A DNA stretch of 64,000 nt, from positions 1,320 through 65,319 of the forward strand of contig JAQURX010000011.1 in the NCBI GenBank assembly GCA_028715415.1, read 5' to 3'. Below are positions 9,381 to 19,504 of this stretch, piece after piece (positions within the stretch are counted from its first letter, which is position 1; each line of letters opens with the position of its first letter). Below the pieces are notes generated by a model, which did not search any database, was not told where the DNA came from, and worked only from the letters and a program-made list of their open reading frames with translations. The position numbers and the translations under genes were made by a program. This DNA is from Candidatus Omnitrophota bacterium. Its GTDB lineage: Bacteria > Omnitrophota > Gorgyraeia > Gygaellales > Profunditerraquicolaceae.

Positions 9381-10664
9381 ATGCGCTTCTTAATTAAGTT
9401 AATAAAGAAAACTTACAAAATGGCCTCACCGAAAGAGCGCAAGACAGTTATGAAAAATGTCGCTTCTCTTTCGGTTTTACAGTCTATCACCTACATCCTT
9501 CCTGTAATAATCCTACCTTATCTTTTTAGGGTAATCGGCCCGGAAAAATTCGGTTTGATCGCGTTCGCTCAGGCATTTGTACAATACTTCATGATTTTGA
9601 CTGACTATGGATTCGGGATCTCAGCTACAAAAGAAATCTCTATATGCCGCAACGAACATTCTAAAGTCTGCCAAGTGTTCTCTTCAGTAATGATAGTAAA
9701 AATCGGGCTTGCTTTTATAAGCTTAGGGATACTCGGAGCAGTTGTTTATTTCATACCAAAATTTAGAAATGATTGGATGGTTTATGTTTTAAGCTTTGGC
9801 GCTGTTGTAGGAAACACGTTATTCCCCATCTGGTTTTTCCAAGGCACTGAAAAAATGAAACATATTGCAGATTTGAATATCTTAGGAGGATTCCTCTACG
9901 CGATTTTTATCTTCGTTTTTGTAAAAACCCCGGGCGATTATATAATGGTCCCTCTTATTAATTCCGCCATATTCCTGATGACCGGGCTTATGGGGCAATA
10001 TATAGTTTTTAGAAGATTTGGAGTCGCTTTTAAATTCCAAGGTTACGAAAACTTAAAGAAACAGCTTAAAGCCGGCTGGGATATTTTTATTTCCATCGTA
10101 GCAATTAATGCTTATACAACTACGCGTATTTTTACAGTTGGGCTTCTCACAAATAATACTATCACAGGATTTTATTCTATCGCCGAAAGAGTAGCTAATC
10201 TTTGTCAAACCTTTCCGCTGTCATCTTTCTCTCAGGCTATATTTCCAAGATTAAGCAAGATATACCACAAAAACAAAATCAAAGCATTTGAAATTATGCA
10301 AAGAGTGCAAAAAATCACGATCATTATTTCAATAATCTGCCTTCCTATTATTTTTGCTTTATCTAACCTGATTGTAAGGGTTGTCTGTGGCGGGTATTAC
10401 CATGAAACAATTTTGTCCTTAAGGCTGCTGCTTATCTCGGTATTTTTTGTAAGTGCAAATGCTTTCCGTGTGCAGTTTTTATTAGTTTGCGGAAAAACTC
10501 ATATATATTCCAGAATCCACGTGGTTATGGCGATGGTGGGCTTACCTCTTATATTTCTTTTGATTTATGCTTTTTCTTACAAGGGAGCGGCCCTTGCAAC
10601 AGTGCTTATTGAAGCGGGGATTTTCACTATTACCTATCTAACGGTAAGAAAACTTAAACTTTAA
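9381..10664 (+). CDS. Polysaccharide biosynthesis protein / Wzx-type flippase (MOP superfamily)
   Basis: 427 aa, ~12 TM helices, typical O-antigen flippase topology; next to glycosyltransferase. Confidence 0.6.
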   Translation: MRFLIKLIKKTYKMASPKERKTVMKNVASLSVLQSITYILPVIILPYLFRVIGPEKFGLIAFAQAFVQYFMILTDYGFGISATKEISICRNEHSKVCQVFSSVMIVKIGLAFISLGILGAVVYFIPKFRNDWMVYVLSFGAVVGNTLFPIWFFQGTEKMKHIADLNILGGFLYAIFIFVFVKTPGDYIMVPLINSAIFLMTGLMGQYIVFRRFGVAFKFQGYENLKKQLKAGWDIFISIVAINAYTTTRIFTVGLLTNNTITGFYSIAERVANLCQTFPLSSFSQAIFPRLSKIYHKNKIKAFEIMQRVQKITIIISIICLPIIFALSNLIVRVVCGGYYHETILSLRLLLISVFFVSANAFRVQFLLVCGKTHIYSRIHVVMAMVGLPLIFLLIYAFSYKGAALATVLIEAGIFTITYLTVRKLKL

Positions 10665-10670
10665 GATTTT

Positions 10671-11783
10671 TTATTCATATTCTTTAAATACCGTTAATAA
10701 TTTATTGACCATTTTCTCTTTTGAAAAATCTTTTACAACCTTATCGTATGCTAAAATCCCCATTGATTTACATAAATCCCTATCCCTGATAAATGAATGT
10801 ACAGCCTTCACGAACTCTAGCTTATCATAAGGGCTAATCAAAACACCATTAACTCCATTGGTAATAAAATTCTTAATTCCTCCCACATCAAAAGCAATTG
10901 CGGGAATCTTAAAACTAGCAGCTTCCAGTAAAACATAACATTGTGCTTCCCAAACTGAAGGAATGACAATAAAATCTTTATCCTCAAATATTTCATTTTT
11001 ATTTAAAGACCTGCCTTTAAGATGTATATATCTAGATAACCCCTTCTCTAATACCTGTGCCTTTATGCGACTTTCTAGCTCTCCATCTCCCCAGAATTCA
11101 ACTTCAAAATTTTGTTCATTGACCTTATTAACTAACTGATCAACCATTTCAATAAAACTTAATTGGCCTTTCTGTTCACATAGCCTTCCGACCAAAGCAA
11201 TCCTTACAAGTTTATTGTTATTACGAATTGATAAATCTCCTATCCTTGACAAGTCAATACCATGCTCTATTACTTTTATTTTTTCCGAAGGATAATGATA
11301 ATAAGAAATACAAAATTCTTTACACTGCACCGTAGAACACAAAACACATTCCACATTAAACATCACTAATCGGATTAAAAACCTTAAGATTACTGACCTT
11401 AACCAATTATTAGATGCAACCGGTCCGGGCAAATGTTCGAAACAAACAACTTTCTTTCTTAATAAAACCCCGGAAATAATAAATAAAAGGCTCTTTGTCG
11501 GATAAATCTTGTTAATAAAGACTACGTCCGAAGAAAGCAACAATTTTAACGCCTTTTTGATATGCACGGGCGTTAAACTCAAAAAGTTTTTAGGCAAAGA
11601 AAGAACTGGACAATTGAGCCCTATAAAGAAATTACGTAATTCAGATATTACTTTAAAATCTCTACAAATAAGATTAACCTCATAACCGTGATCTGTTAAA
11701 TATGGGAGCACCTCCATTAAATACTTTTCAGCTCCCCCCATTGCATAAGTATCAGTCTGGATAAGGATTCTAAGTTTTTTCAT
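10671..11783 (-). CDS. Glycosyltransferase family 4
   Basis: 370 aa; C-terminal GT4-like region with E..E motif (FEVEFWGDGELE ... VIPSVWEAQCYVLLEA). Confidence 0.65.
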   Translation of the reverse strand: MKKLRILIQTDTYAMGGAEKYLMEVLPYLTDHGYEVNLICRDFKVISELRNFFIGLNCPVLSLPKNFLSLTPVHIKKALKLLLSSDVVFINKIYPTKSLLFIISGVLLRKKVVCFEHLPGPVASNNWLRSVILRFLIRLVMFNVECVLCSTVQCKEFCISYYHYPSEKIKVIEHGIDLSRIGDLSIRNNNKLVRIALVGRLCEQKGQLSFIEMVDQLVNKVNEQNFEVEFWGDGELESRIKAQVLEKGLSRYIHLKGRSLNKNEIFEDKDFIVIPSVWEAQCYVLLEAASFKIPAIAFDVGGIKNFITNGVNGVLISPYDKLEFVKAVHSFIRDRDLCKSMGILAYDKVVKDFSKEKMVNKLLTVFKEYE

Positions 11784-11840
11784 AAATTAGGTATACTTAT
11801 TATTATTCCAAGAAATAAAAGTGCAGAGCCTTTTAACAAA

Positions 11841-12701
11841 TCATTTGAAGATTAACACACTGTAAACAAGAAGAATTTCTCTTATCAGAGAATACAACTT
11901 CTGTATCGGGCTATTTTGATTAAAAAATCTGTCAAGTAATAAAGCTACAAGCATTAAACAAGAGAAAAATACTGCAATTCCCTTAATTTGCAACAAACCA
12001 TTTGATTCGCTTAAATAAAACCCTAAAGTTAAAAACATTACTCCTATCAAATCAACAAATAATTTAATCCTTCTGGAAGATTTCACCCCTAGGCGCACGC
12101 TAAAAGTCTTACAACCAGATTTAGAATCAAAATCATAATCTGTAATTGTATGCAAAATTTCATGCCCCGTAAAACAAAATAAAATTCCTAAAAATAAACA
12201 AACCGTTACAAGTGAAATTGAAGAATAGTTTATTATCAATATTAGCGGGGCTCCGGCGAATAAACCCAATGAAGCAGCCAGTGGGCCAGCCAATGTTTCT
12301 TTAAGCCTTAACTTAAAACCATTATAAAAAAACCATAATAAGCAATATGCTAGGAATGCTAAGATCGACCATACAGAACGACTAACTAATAAAAAAGAGG
12401 CAACAGAAAGAAAAGTAAAAATAAATACCAGAAATATTGCTTTTTTCCGCGGCAACCCACCGGTTTTAATAGGATTCTTGGTATCAGGATCAACCTTACA
12501 ATCACATAAAGTATTATGGATGAATCCGGAGATCATCTGAAAAAAGAAAGGAACTATGAATAACAAATCAAAATATGAGGAAAAGTGTTTTTCTCGAAAG
12601 GCTATTGCTATGAAAGGAAGAAGATATAAAAAAAAGGAATGGTACGGGAAAACGCTTCCGTGTGCTGCAGATAATATCGCAGAAAACTGCTTTTTGGCCA
12701 T
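11841..12701 (-). CDS. UbiA-family prenyltransferase-like membrane protein
   Basis: 286 aa polytopic membrane protein with N..D...D-like motif (NTLCDCKVDPDTKNP). Confidence 0.35.
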   Translation of the reverse strand: MAKKQFSAILSAAHGSVFPYHSFFLYLLPFIAIAFREKHFSSYFDLLFIVPFFFQMISGFIHNTLCDCKVDPDTKNPIKTGGLPRKKAIFLVFIFTFLSVASFLLVSRSVWSILAFLAYCLLWFFYNGFKLRLKETLAGPLAASLGLFAGAPLILIINYSSISLVTVCLFLGILFCFTGHEILHTITDYDFDSKSGCKTFSVRLGVKSSRRIKLFVDLIGVMFLTLGFYLSESNGLLQIKGIAVFFSCLMLVALLLDRFFNQNSPIQKLYSLIREILLVYSVLIFK

Positions 12702-12742
12702 AACTTTACTGACAGCAATAAAACTTAAACTTTAAACAAAAA

Positions 12743-13612
12743 TCACACTTCAATACCAAATACTTTTCTTATTATTAAGCCAATCCCAAAATTAATCGCG
12801 GCTATCCCTAAGCTAATCCCTGCCATTTCAAGAAACCTCTTTTTAAAAGACAGCCCCTTAGCAACAGAGATATAGAAAGTAAATATTAGTATTATTAAAA
12901 TGGCATCGATGACAACAAAGGACAAACACAAAAATATATTTTTAAATATAAAATACGGAGCAACTAAGACAATAACCGTCCCTATATAGACAATCCCCGT
13001 ATAAACACTGGCCTTAAACGGATTTTTTTGAGTATCTTCCTGCTTTGTAGACAAATATTCCGAAGCCGACATAGACATTGCAGCCGCAATACCAGTAATG
13101 ATCCCTACAATTCCCACTAATCTGGTATTTTGTAAAGCCAGAGTAAAACCAACAAGAGCGCCGGTTAATTCCACTAACGCGTCATTTAAACCCAGCACCA
13201 TAGAGCTAACATATAAAAGGCGCTCTTCATTTATGAGGCTGATTAATTGGTTTTCGTGCCTTTCTTCATCAATAATTATCTTCTCAACTTCCGGAGAAAG
13301 TTCTTTTAAAGTAGAATAATTTTCCTGCGCCTGCCCCTCTCCGCTCTCCATCAGCTTTATCCCAAAAGTAATCCCAAATATCCGGTTAATTAATACATAA
13401 AAGAATACTTTTAGTTTATCGGGAGATACGGATTGCTGAGTAAGGCTCTTCCAGAAATTGTAATGCTCGAGCTCTTCCTGCGATATCTTCTCTAATAATT
13501 CCTTGTTCGCCTTGTCCTTAATAATACAGCTAAGCTCTTTATAAATCAGGTGCTCGGTAATCTCGCTTCTTTGAATAGACAAAATCTTATTTTTAATGCT
13601 TTGTTCCAGCAT
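12743..13612 (-). CDS. Ferritin-like/VIT1 (CCC1) family iron transporter (MbfA-like)
   Basis: N-terminal ferritin-like domain (ELEHYNFW, EERHE) plus C-terminal VIT1 membrane domain; start trimmed to MLEQS (ORF track start 13702 would overlap upstream gene). Confidence 0.6.
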   Translation of the reverse strand: MLEQSIKNKILSIQRSEITEHLIYKELSCIIKDKANKELLEKISQEELEHYNFWKSLTQQSVSPDKLKVFFYVLINRIFGITFGIKLMESGEGQAQENYSTLKELSPEVEKIIIDEERHENQLISLINEERLLYVSSMVLGLNDALVELTGALVGFTLALQNTRLVGIVGIITGIAAAMSMSASEYLSTKQEDTQKNPFKASVYTGIVYIGTVIVLVAPYFIFKNIFLCLSFVVIDAILIILIFTFYISVAKGLSFKKRFLEMAGISLGIAAINFGIGLIIRKVFGIEV

Positions 13613-13613
13613 C

Positions 13614-13976
13614 CTATTTTGCCTCTTTGTAAACCTCAAGGACATCGCCGGTATCTTTATCAATAAATACCCAGACATCCGGAAGCGGATCTTTGAAATC
13701 AAATAATACTATTTTATAATTCTTAAGGAAACCTTTTCTTAGAATCCCATGGTTAGGCGATTTATCTTCTCCTGCAAGATAACCAACTCTTTCTTCCCAA
13801 AGTTTTCCGCCTTCATCATAGACAATATTAGCTTCTCCTATCTCAATATTCTGGCCCTTCGCTGCTTCAGTCGCAATAGTAATAACTTCATCTTTCATTT
13901 TTTCCTGGGCATACAAACAAGTTGCCATCGAAAACAAAGCTGCTGCCATTAACAGAATTACTGTTAGCTTCTTCAT
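13614..13976 (-). CDS. Small secreted PepSY-like protein
   Basis: Signal peptide, 120 aa; stop abuts start of ferritin-VIT gene. Confidence 0.3.
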   Translation of the reverse strand: MKKLTVILLMAAALFSMATCLYAQEKMKDEVITIATEAAKGQNIEIGEANIVYDEGGKLWEERVGYLAGEDKSPNHGILRKGFLKNYKIVLFDFKDPLPDVWVFIDKDTGDVLEVYKEAK

Positions 13977-13991
13977 CTTCTCTTCTCCTTT

Positions 13992-14435
13992 TTATTTACG
14001 CTTTCGGAAAGCTGGTTTTTTCCCTACGGGCCTGCGATTTTCCCTGGCTTGTGGTTTATCAAAATTAGGCTGGAATGATCCGCCGCCTTCCTTGCGCTTA
14101 GCAAAACAGTCCTTACAGTATACCGGGCGGTCTCCTGTAGGCTTAAAAGGCAATTCGCATTCAGTGTGGCACTCCGAGCAGATTGCTTTAGTAAAGCTTC
14201 TTTCCCGAAAATTTTCCCTGCCTCCCCTTCCAAAACGTTGTGAATTATCAAAACGCTTAAAAGGCCGGGAGTAATGATCCCCTCCGGAAGGCCGAGCTGA
14301 AGACTGAGTAATTAAAGTATCAATTTTCTTCTCCAAGGCAACCAGCTGCTGTTGCATTTTATCAATAAGAACCGCTACATCCGGACCAACCTGTGGCTCA
14401 ACTGTAACACTTTTACGCTTAATAACTTTTTTCAT
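13992..14435 (-). CDS. Basic zinc-ribbon protein (CxxC...CxxC)
   Basis: CSECHTECELPFKPTGDRPVYCKDCF motif, N-terminal coiled coil, Arg/Lys-rich tail. Confidence 0.35.
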   Translation of the reverse strand: MKKVIKRKSVTVEPQVGPDVAVLIDKMQQQLVALEKKIDTLITQSSARPSGGDHYSRPFKRFDNSQRFGRGGRENFRERSFTKAICSECHTECELPFKPTGDRPVYCKDCFAKRKEGGGSFQPNFDKPQARENRRPVGKKPAFRKRK

Positions 14436-14531
14436 CTTGCTCCTTATCTAAATAGATTAACCTGCCAATTCCAAGGTTCTTATTATACAGTCCTTTCTAA
14501 TATAAAGCAAACTTCTTTGAAGCCTGCATCC

Positions 14532-15116
14532 CTACGCTGCTATTTTTTTCCCAAGATGAATTGCTCTTTTGCTTATCCCTTTTAAATTAACAATCTCACC
14601 AGATTCTTTGGCATTCGGAACAAGGAGAGAATAAAATTTCATATCGCTGTAATCGGCTATCAGTTTAAATGATTTCTCAATAATATCCAAACCGATATCC
14701 TCATACGCACTTAACAATAAACACATGGACTTTCCTCTCATCGGGGATTCAAACGTATCCGTTGTATTATCCCATTTATAGAGAGAAAACATTCTATCAA
14801 TGATAAGCTTAAGCTGAGCACTTGGCCCATAGAAATAAAGCGGTGTTGCAAAAACAATTACATCAGCTTGCGCCATTTTTTTAAGCACTTCTCTTATATC
14901 ATCTTTAATAACACACTCGTATTCCTTCATCTTCTGGCATGACCTGCAAGACGTACACCCATTTGATTTAGATTTAAGCAGAGCTGCCCGGATTATTTCA
15001 ACTTTTCCCTTCTTTATTCGAGCGCCCTTCGCGAGCCACTCCACAAGCTTAGCAGTATTTCCGTTTCTTTTCGGGCTGCCATTAAGAATTAGGATCTTTT
15101 TAGGCATATAGGCCAC
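14532..15116 (-). CDS. Flavodoxin-like fold NAD(P)H-dependent FMN reductase / iron-sulfur flavoprotein (Isf-like)
   Basis: KILILNGSPKRNGNT N-terminus; Cys cluster CTSCRSC; 194 aa. Confidence 0.65.
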   Translation of the reverse strand: MAYMPKKILILNGSPKRNGNTAKLVEWLAKGARIKKGKVEIIRAALLKSKSNGCTSCRSCQKMKEYECVIKDDIREVLKKMAQADVIVFATPLYFYGPSAQLKLIIDRMFSLYKWDNTTDTFESPMRGKSMCLLLSAYEDIGLDIIEKSFKLIADYSDMKFYSLLVPNAKESGEIVNLKGISKRAIHLGKKIAA

Positions 15117-15126
15117 CTTTGAAATT

Positions 15127-16134
15127 TTATTTTAATATCAAATTAAACAAATAACCTGTAAACATAATCCCTATACCCACAATCCCCGCGAATATAATCA
15201 ATAGCTTTAACTTCATCGCCTTGCGTAAAATCATGAACTCAGGCAAAGAAAGTCCGGTTACTGCCATCATAAATGCCAATGTAGTGCCGATTTTAACACC
15301 TTTTTCTGTAAGCACGCTTACCAAAGGAATCACACCTGCAGCATTAGAATAAAGCGGTATACCTATCAAAGTAGCTAACGGCACTGCATACCATTTGTTG
15401 CCACCTGCATATTTTGCCAGGAAATCGCTTGGGACATATCCGTGTATCCAAGCACCTACCCCGATACCAACAATTATATAAGGCCAGACTCCTTTCATTA
15501 TGCAAAGCGTGTACTCCACAGCCAACCTAATCCTATCTTTCCAAGATAATTCAAGATTGGCTACCAAAGAACTCACGGGAGGCTTAAAAGCAATACGCTC
15601 AACAAGATTTTCTACTTTTAACTCTCCGATAATTATTCCTGAAATAATAGCGATAACAAGCCCACTAACCGTATAAATTAAAGCTATCTTCCATCCAAAC
15701 ATCCCTAAAAGCAAAACAAGGGCTACCTCATTAACCATCGGGGAAGAGACAAGGAAAGAAAACGTAGCTCCCAATGGCACCCCTGCTTCTATAAATCCCA
15801 AGAAAAGCGGAATTGCACTGCAGGTACAAAAAGGCGTAATGATACCGAATAATGCTGCCAGAATATTACCTGTATATTTATGTTTATGAGAAAGTATCCT
15901 TCTTATTTTTTCTTGAGGCAGAAACGAACGGATTATTGATACAGCGAAAATTATTACCGCAAGTAGAATAAAAATCTTTATCGTATCGTAGATAAAGAAA
16001 TCCAATGCTTCCGCCAAAAGCGTTTTTGGCGGGATTCTAAAAAGTTGATAAGTCAATAAATCTGCCAATAATTTTACCGGGTAAAAGATATCCATAATGT
16101 ATTCTATATTAATATAAATAAAAACCCTCTGCAA
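15127..16134 (-). CDS. UPF0718/YraQ-family permease
   Basis: Membrane protein with PFCTCSAIP motif typical of COG0701 permeases; true start may be internal Met (MDIFYPV). Confidence 0.55.
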   Translation of the reverse strand: MQRVFIYINIEYIMDIFYPVKLLADLLTYQLFRIPPKTLLAEALDFFIYDTIKIFILLAVIIFAVSIIRSFLPQEKIRRILSHKHKYTGNILAALFGIITPFCTCSAIPLFLGFIEAGVPLGATFSFLVSSPMVNEVALVLLLGMFGWKIALIYTVSGLVIAIISGIIIGELKVENLVERIAFKPPVSSLVANLELSWKDRIRLAVEYTLCIMKGVWPYIIVGIGVGAWIHGYVPSDFLAKYAGGNKWYAVPLATLIGIPLYSNAAGVIPLVSVLTEKGVKIGTTLAFMMAVTGLSLPEFMILRKAMKLKLLIIFAGIVGIGIMFTGYLFNLILK

Positions 16135-16300
16135 GCCTTTTACTCGCTTGCCCCTTGTAATTGTAATCTAATAGTGTATACTTGATTAGGAAGAGGAGTA
16201 GAATAAAGATGGTTATAGTTATGACTCTTCCGGGACAAGAGTGAGGCTACTGAATTGAAACAGTGAACCTCAACTCTTGTTTTTTTATGTGCAGAAATTA

Positions 16301-16335
16301 AAAACCCCGCCATGTATTATGGCGGGGCTAATTTT
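16301..16335 (-). terminator. Rho-independent terminator hairpin (ccccgcc-loop-ggcgggg, flanked by A/T runs on both strands)
   Basis: Perfect 7-bp GC stem at 16305-16327 followed by T-run on the minus strand after the cupin gene. Confidence 0.55.
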
Positions 16336-16354
16336 AATTTATTCTAAACCCTGA

Positions 16355-16804
16355 TCAATCCGGCTTGTAAACTGTAATCGGCTCATCTTTGGAACCGGCG
16401 TAAAAAACGGTAATTTCTACTGGTTCCTCTCCTTCGTTCTTCCCGTAATGCAAGGTATTAACTACTTCCACAATGCCTTCCCCAGCCCTTAGGTGCAAAG
16501 TCTTTCCGTCTTCGGTTTGAACCATTAACTTACCCTTCGTTAATACGCCAGCGTTAATAACCGGATGTTTATGCTTTACCAAGGTTCCCCCAGGAGGAAT
16601 AACAATGCGCAGAATGGTAATTTCCGGTTGTCCTTTAGGATAAGCAGGCAGAAGCGCACCATCCCAACTAACAGAGGATTTTGCCAACTGACAAACGCTG
16701 GGTTGTTGAATTGATTTATTACCTGTTAATCCGCCACAACCGGCAGTTAAACAAAGCAACACAACAGCAAATAAAAAACTAAGTTTACTAAGAATTTCTC
16801 TCAT
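16355..16804 (-). CDS. Cupin-domain lipoprotein
   Basis: Signal peptide with LTAGCGG lipobox; cupin-like HKHPVINAGVLTKGKL...HLRAGE. Confidence 0.45.
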   Translation of the reverse strand: MREILSKLSFLFAVVLLCLTAGCGGLTGNKSIQQPSVCQLAKSSVSWDGALLPAYPKGQPEITILRIVIPPGGTLVKHKHPVINAGVLTKGKLMVQTEDGKTLHLRAGEGIVEVVNTLHYGKNEGEEPVEITVFYAGSKDEPITVYKPD

Positions 16805-17015
16805 ATTTGTTTCTCTATATTCTACTTGCTTAATTGTTCCATCTTAATTCTGGAGACATCATACTTATCTTTTTGAATCAAGTATTGTGTACTCGGAATT
16901 CCCGGGAGGGTATGATGCGGGCATGCCCCCATACCTACTTTTCCGCCACCAAAAATTTACCCTTTTGTGCATTTGTTCAGCTCCAACTTACAGGATTAGA
17001 AAGAAAACTTCAGCT

Positions 17016-18380
17016 TTATTCATAATTAGGCTGAGTCTTACGCCATTCTCGCTTGCTTTGAATAAGCCCGCCTCCAAGAACTTCATCTATTAATCCTAAT
17101 AGCTGAGCATCATAAGGAGTCAAGAAATGATCGCCTCGACAAAGGCATTTACAAATCAAAACTATGTAATACCAAAAAATACGGGCCTGAGAGTAAAAAG
17201 GAGCAAGTAGTTTATTTCGTTCTTCTTCATTGCCAGCAGAACGAATTTTATCCGCCGTGTCTCTGTCAAATAAAGCATGTGCATGATTAACCATCATTCT
17301 TGTAGTCGCTTGGATATGGCTAGGACTCTTTATATCTTTCATAAAAGAAAAATCTTCTATAACTGTATCCAGCCAACTATCATTAATATTCTGATTCTTA
17401 TCGATAGCAAGACGTCTCGCCAATACTTCAAGTAACAGCCTAATGTCATTACGAGAAGCCTCCTCTAGTTCGGAACCCGTAGTGGACTCAGGGACTTGTG
17501 GAGGACTAGTTTGCTCCAAATCCATCTTTTTTATTACATCAATTAAGCTGCTTATTACTTTTGTAGGATCTGTTTCTTTTTCTGATTCTGCTTTCGAAAA
17601 TCTCTGTTCAATTCTTTCAATTTGTATCCACGATGCTAATAGTTCCAAGGCTCGTATCGCGATTTTTTGATCATTAGGACTAGAAAGTCTTGAATAAAGC
17701 GCCAAAGATAGACCAACAACATCTACTATTTGCTGTTGATCTTTAGGAATTAATTCACTAAATACTTTATCGTACTGTTCTACAAACTTTTTCCAACGCT
17801 CTCTGACTTTGCTAAAAGTAGGTTTCAAATCTAAATAAACCCAAATCAATCGCTCTTGCACACGGTTAGCAAGCTTTAATGAAAATACTGCGTTACTTCT
17901 TTCCAATCGGCGCGCGGCCTCTAGCGCTTTAGAAGGAGTAACGTCATCTATGTCAGAGTAACGAACATCATGATACAAAATGTTTGAGTGTGGAAAACCA
18001 ACGGAATAATCACCAAAAGCTAGAAAACTTGCTGCGGCACTAAAAGCTCTGTTAGTAGCGACAGTATAAATCTCAACCCCCTTCCCATCCTGATCGGGGC
18101 AATTTAATAAACTAAGCAGAGATTCCATTGTGCTTACGTTACCACCAGGACTATCAATCCCAACGGTAATCGGATCGGAGCTTTTCTGTTTCATTTGGAG
18201 AATAACAGGAGTCAATTCTTTCATTAAAGTGTCATCTATAGGTTTGTTTATATAAATCGCCCGCTCCCAATTTAAAGTCAGTCCAATTTTTCGTTTTGGT
18301 TCTTTAGCTACATTTGGAGTTTGACTGCTCTTTTTTGACTGAGTTTTTGTTTTTTTATTTGTTCGAATTTTATTGCTCAT
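17016..18380 (-). CDS. ClpP/S14-like serine protease domain protein with ~300-aa alpha-helical C-terminal extension
   Basis: GIDSPGGNVSTMESLL (ClpP INSPGG-like), catalytic Ser context NRAFSAAASFLAFGD (ClpP GQAASMGAF), His context ILYHDVRY (ClpP MIHQP); basic N-terminus; 454 aa. Confidence 0.5.
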   Translation of the reverse strand: MSNKIRTNKKTKTQSKKSSQTPNVAKEPKRKIGLTLNWERAIYINKPIDDTLMKELTPVILQMKQKSSDPITVGIDSPGGNVSTMESLLSLLNCPDQDGKGVEIYTVATNRAFSAAASFLAFGDYSVGFPHSNILYHDVRYSDIDDVTPSKALEAARRLERSNAVFSLKLANRVQERLIWVYLDLKPTFSKVRERWKKFVEQYDKVFSELIPKDQQQIVDVVGLSLALYSRLSSPNDQKIAIRALELLASWIQIERIEQRFSKAESEKETDPTKVISSLIDVIKKMDLEQTSPPQVPESTTGSELEEASRNDIRLLLEVLARRLAIDKNQNINDSWLDTVIEDFSFMKDIKSPSHIQATTRMMVNHAHALFDRDTADKIRSAGNEEERNKLLAPFYSQARIFWYYIVLICKCLCRGDHFLTPYDAQLLGLIDEVLGGGLIQSKREWRKTQPNYE

Positions 18381-18415
18381 TTATCTCACCCATCTATCTC
18401 TATCTAAACGCCACA

Positions 18416-19504
18416 TCAATTATCTTTCTCCTTAAACTTCAATCTCTTGCGTAAATAGGACCATGTTTGCCAATCTTCATGCTCATGAGCCAATCTCCCA
18501 GCAACAATTCCTGGAGCAATGTTCAATTTCTGAGCAAACACAGAAATAGCCTGATTAGAAAAATCACCTACTGAACAGAATTGCGCAAACTCATGTTTAG
18601 GAATTAAGGTACCTTGGGCAAATTCATCTGCTTCTCTTTCTTTTTCATTTGATTCAACGTTCTTTTTATCTTCGAATTCTATAAATTGTTCTTTTTTTCC
18701 ATGTTTAATAAGATGCCCTAGCTCATGAAAAAAAGTAAACCAGAAAATATCCTCATAACTTCCACGAAGACTTAGCTGAATCATGGCCTTGTTTGCAGTA
18801 AGCCATCGAGTCATTCCGTTAACGCATGTGTTTCTAAAATGCGGAACAAATGCAACTGCCACCCCACATGAAGCACAAATTTCAATTATTTTCTTAGGGA
18901 AGACTGACGCATCTTGTCTCGTAAGTTTCTTCAAATCATCTAAAGCTGCATTAAGCTTGTCTTTGTCAAATTCTTGAGTTTGTGTCTCTTGGGCGTCTAA
19001 TTCCCCGCAACGTAACCAAGTAGCGATACATTCATTAGAAATTCTTCCTTTATCTGACCTTCTAAAAGCGATTTCTTGAACTTTAGGTACAAAGGCTAAA
19101 GAACTAACGCCAAAAAAATTGAGTAACCTACTCACTTTTTCCTTAGGAGTACGCGCCGGTCCAATATATTTCCATTTAACTAATTCGTTAAAACAAGTGA
19201 ATTTTACTAATAAGGGGATTTCTTGTACTAATTTCTCTTCCATCTCTATTCTAGTAAGTGTTTCCTCATAGTTTCTCTGTAAGTTATTCCAAAAATTTGC
19301 TGACATACCAAATACTGAAGATAATTTTAACGCGGTATCAGTAGTAATCGAGGCTTTACCTTGAACAATCTCATTAATATGTTTTGGGGTCAATCCAGTG
19401 CGTTGCGCTAAATCAAACTGAGTCATATTAGATGCTTCAAGAGTGTCTTGCAGTGTCTTACCAGGATGAATTGCTATGGATGGGTGATAAATGTTTTCTC
19501 TCAT
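18416..19504 (-). CDS. HTH-XRE regulator fused to ImmA/IrrE-family (COG2856) zinc metallopeptidase; HigA-like antitoxin
   Basis: N-terminal HTH (TQFDLAQRTGLTPKHINEIVQGKASIT); C-terminal HEXXH (FFHELGHLIKHG); start overlaps stop of upstream HigB-like gene. Confidence 0.65.
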   Translation of the reverse strand: MRENIYHPSIAIHPGKTLQDTLEASNMTQFDLAQRTGLTPKHINEIVQGKASITTDTALKLSSVFGMSANFWNNLQRNYEETLTRIEMEEKLVQEIPLLVKFTCFNELVKWKYIGPARTPKEKVSRLLNFFGVSSLAFVPKVQEIAFRRSDKGRISNECIATWLRCGELDAQETQTQEFDKDKLNAALDDLKKLTRQDASVFPKKIIEICASCGVAVAFVPHFRNTCVNGMTRWLTANKAMIQLSLRGSYEDIFWFTFFHELGHLIKHGKKEQFIEFEDKKNVESNEKEREADEFAQGTLIPKHEFAQFCSVGDFSNQAISVFAQKLNIAPGIVAGRLAHEHEDWQTWSYLRKRLKFKEKDN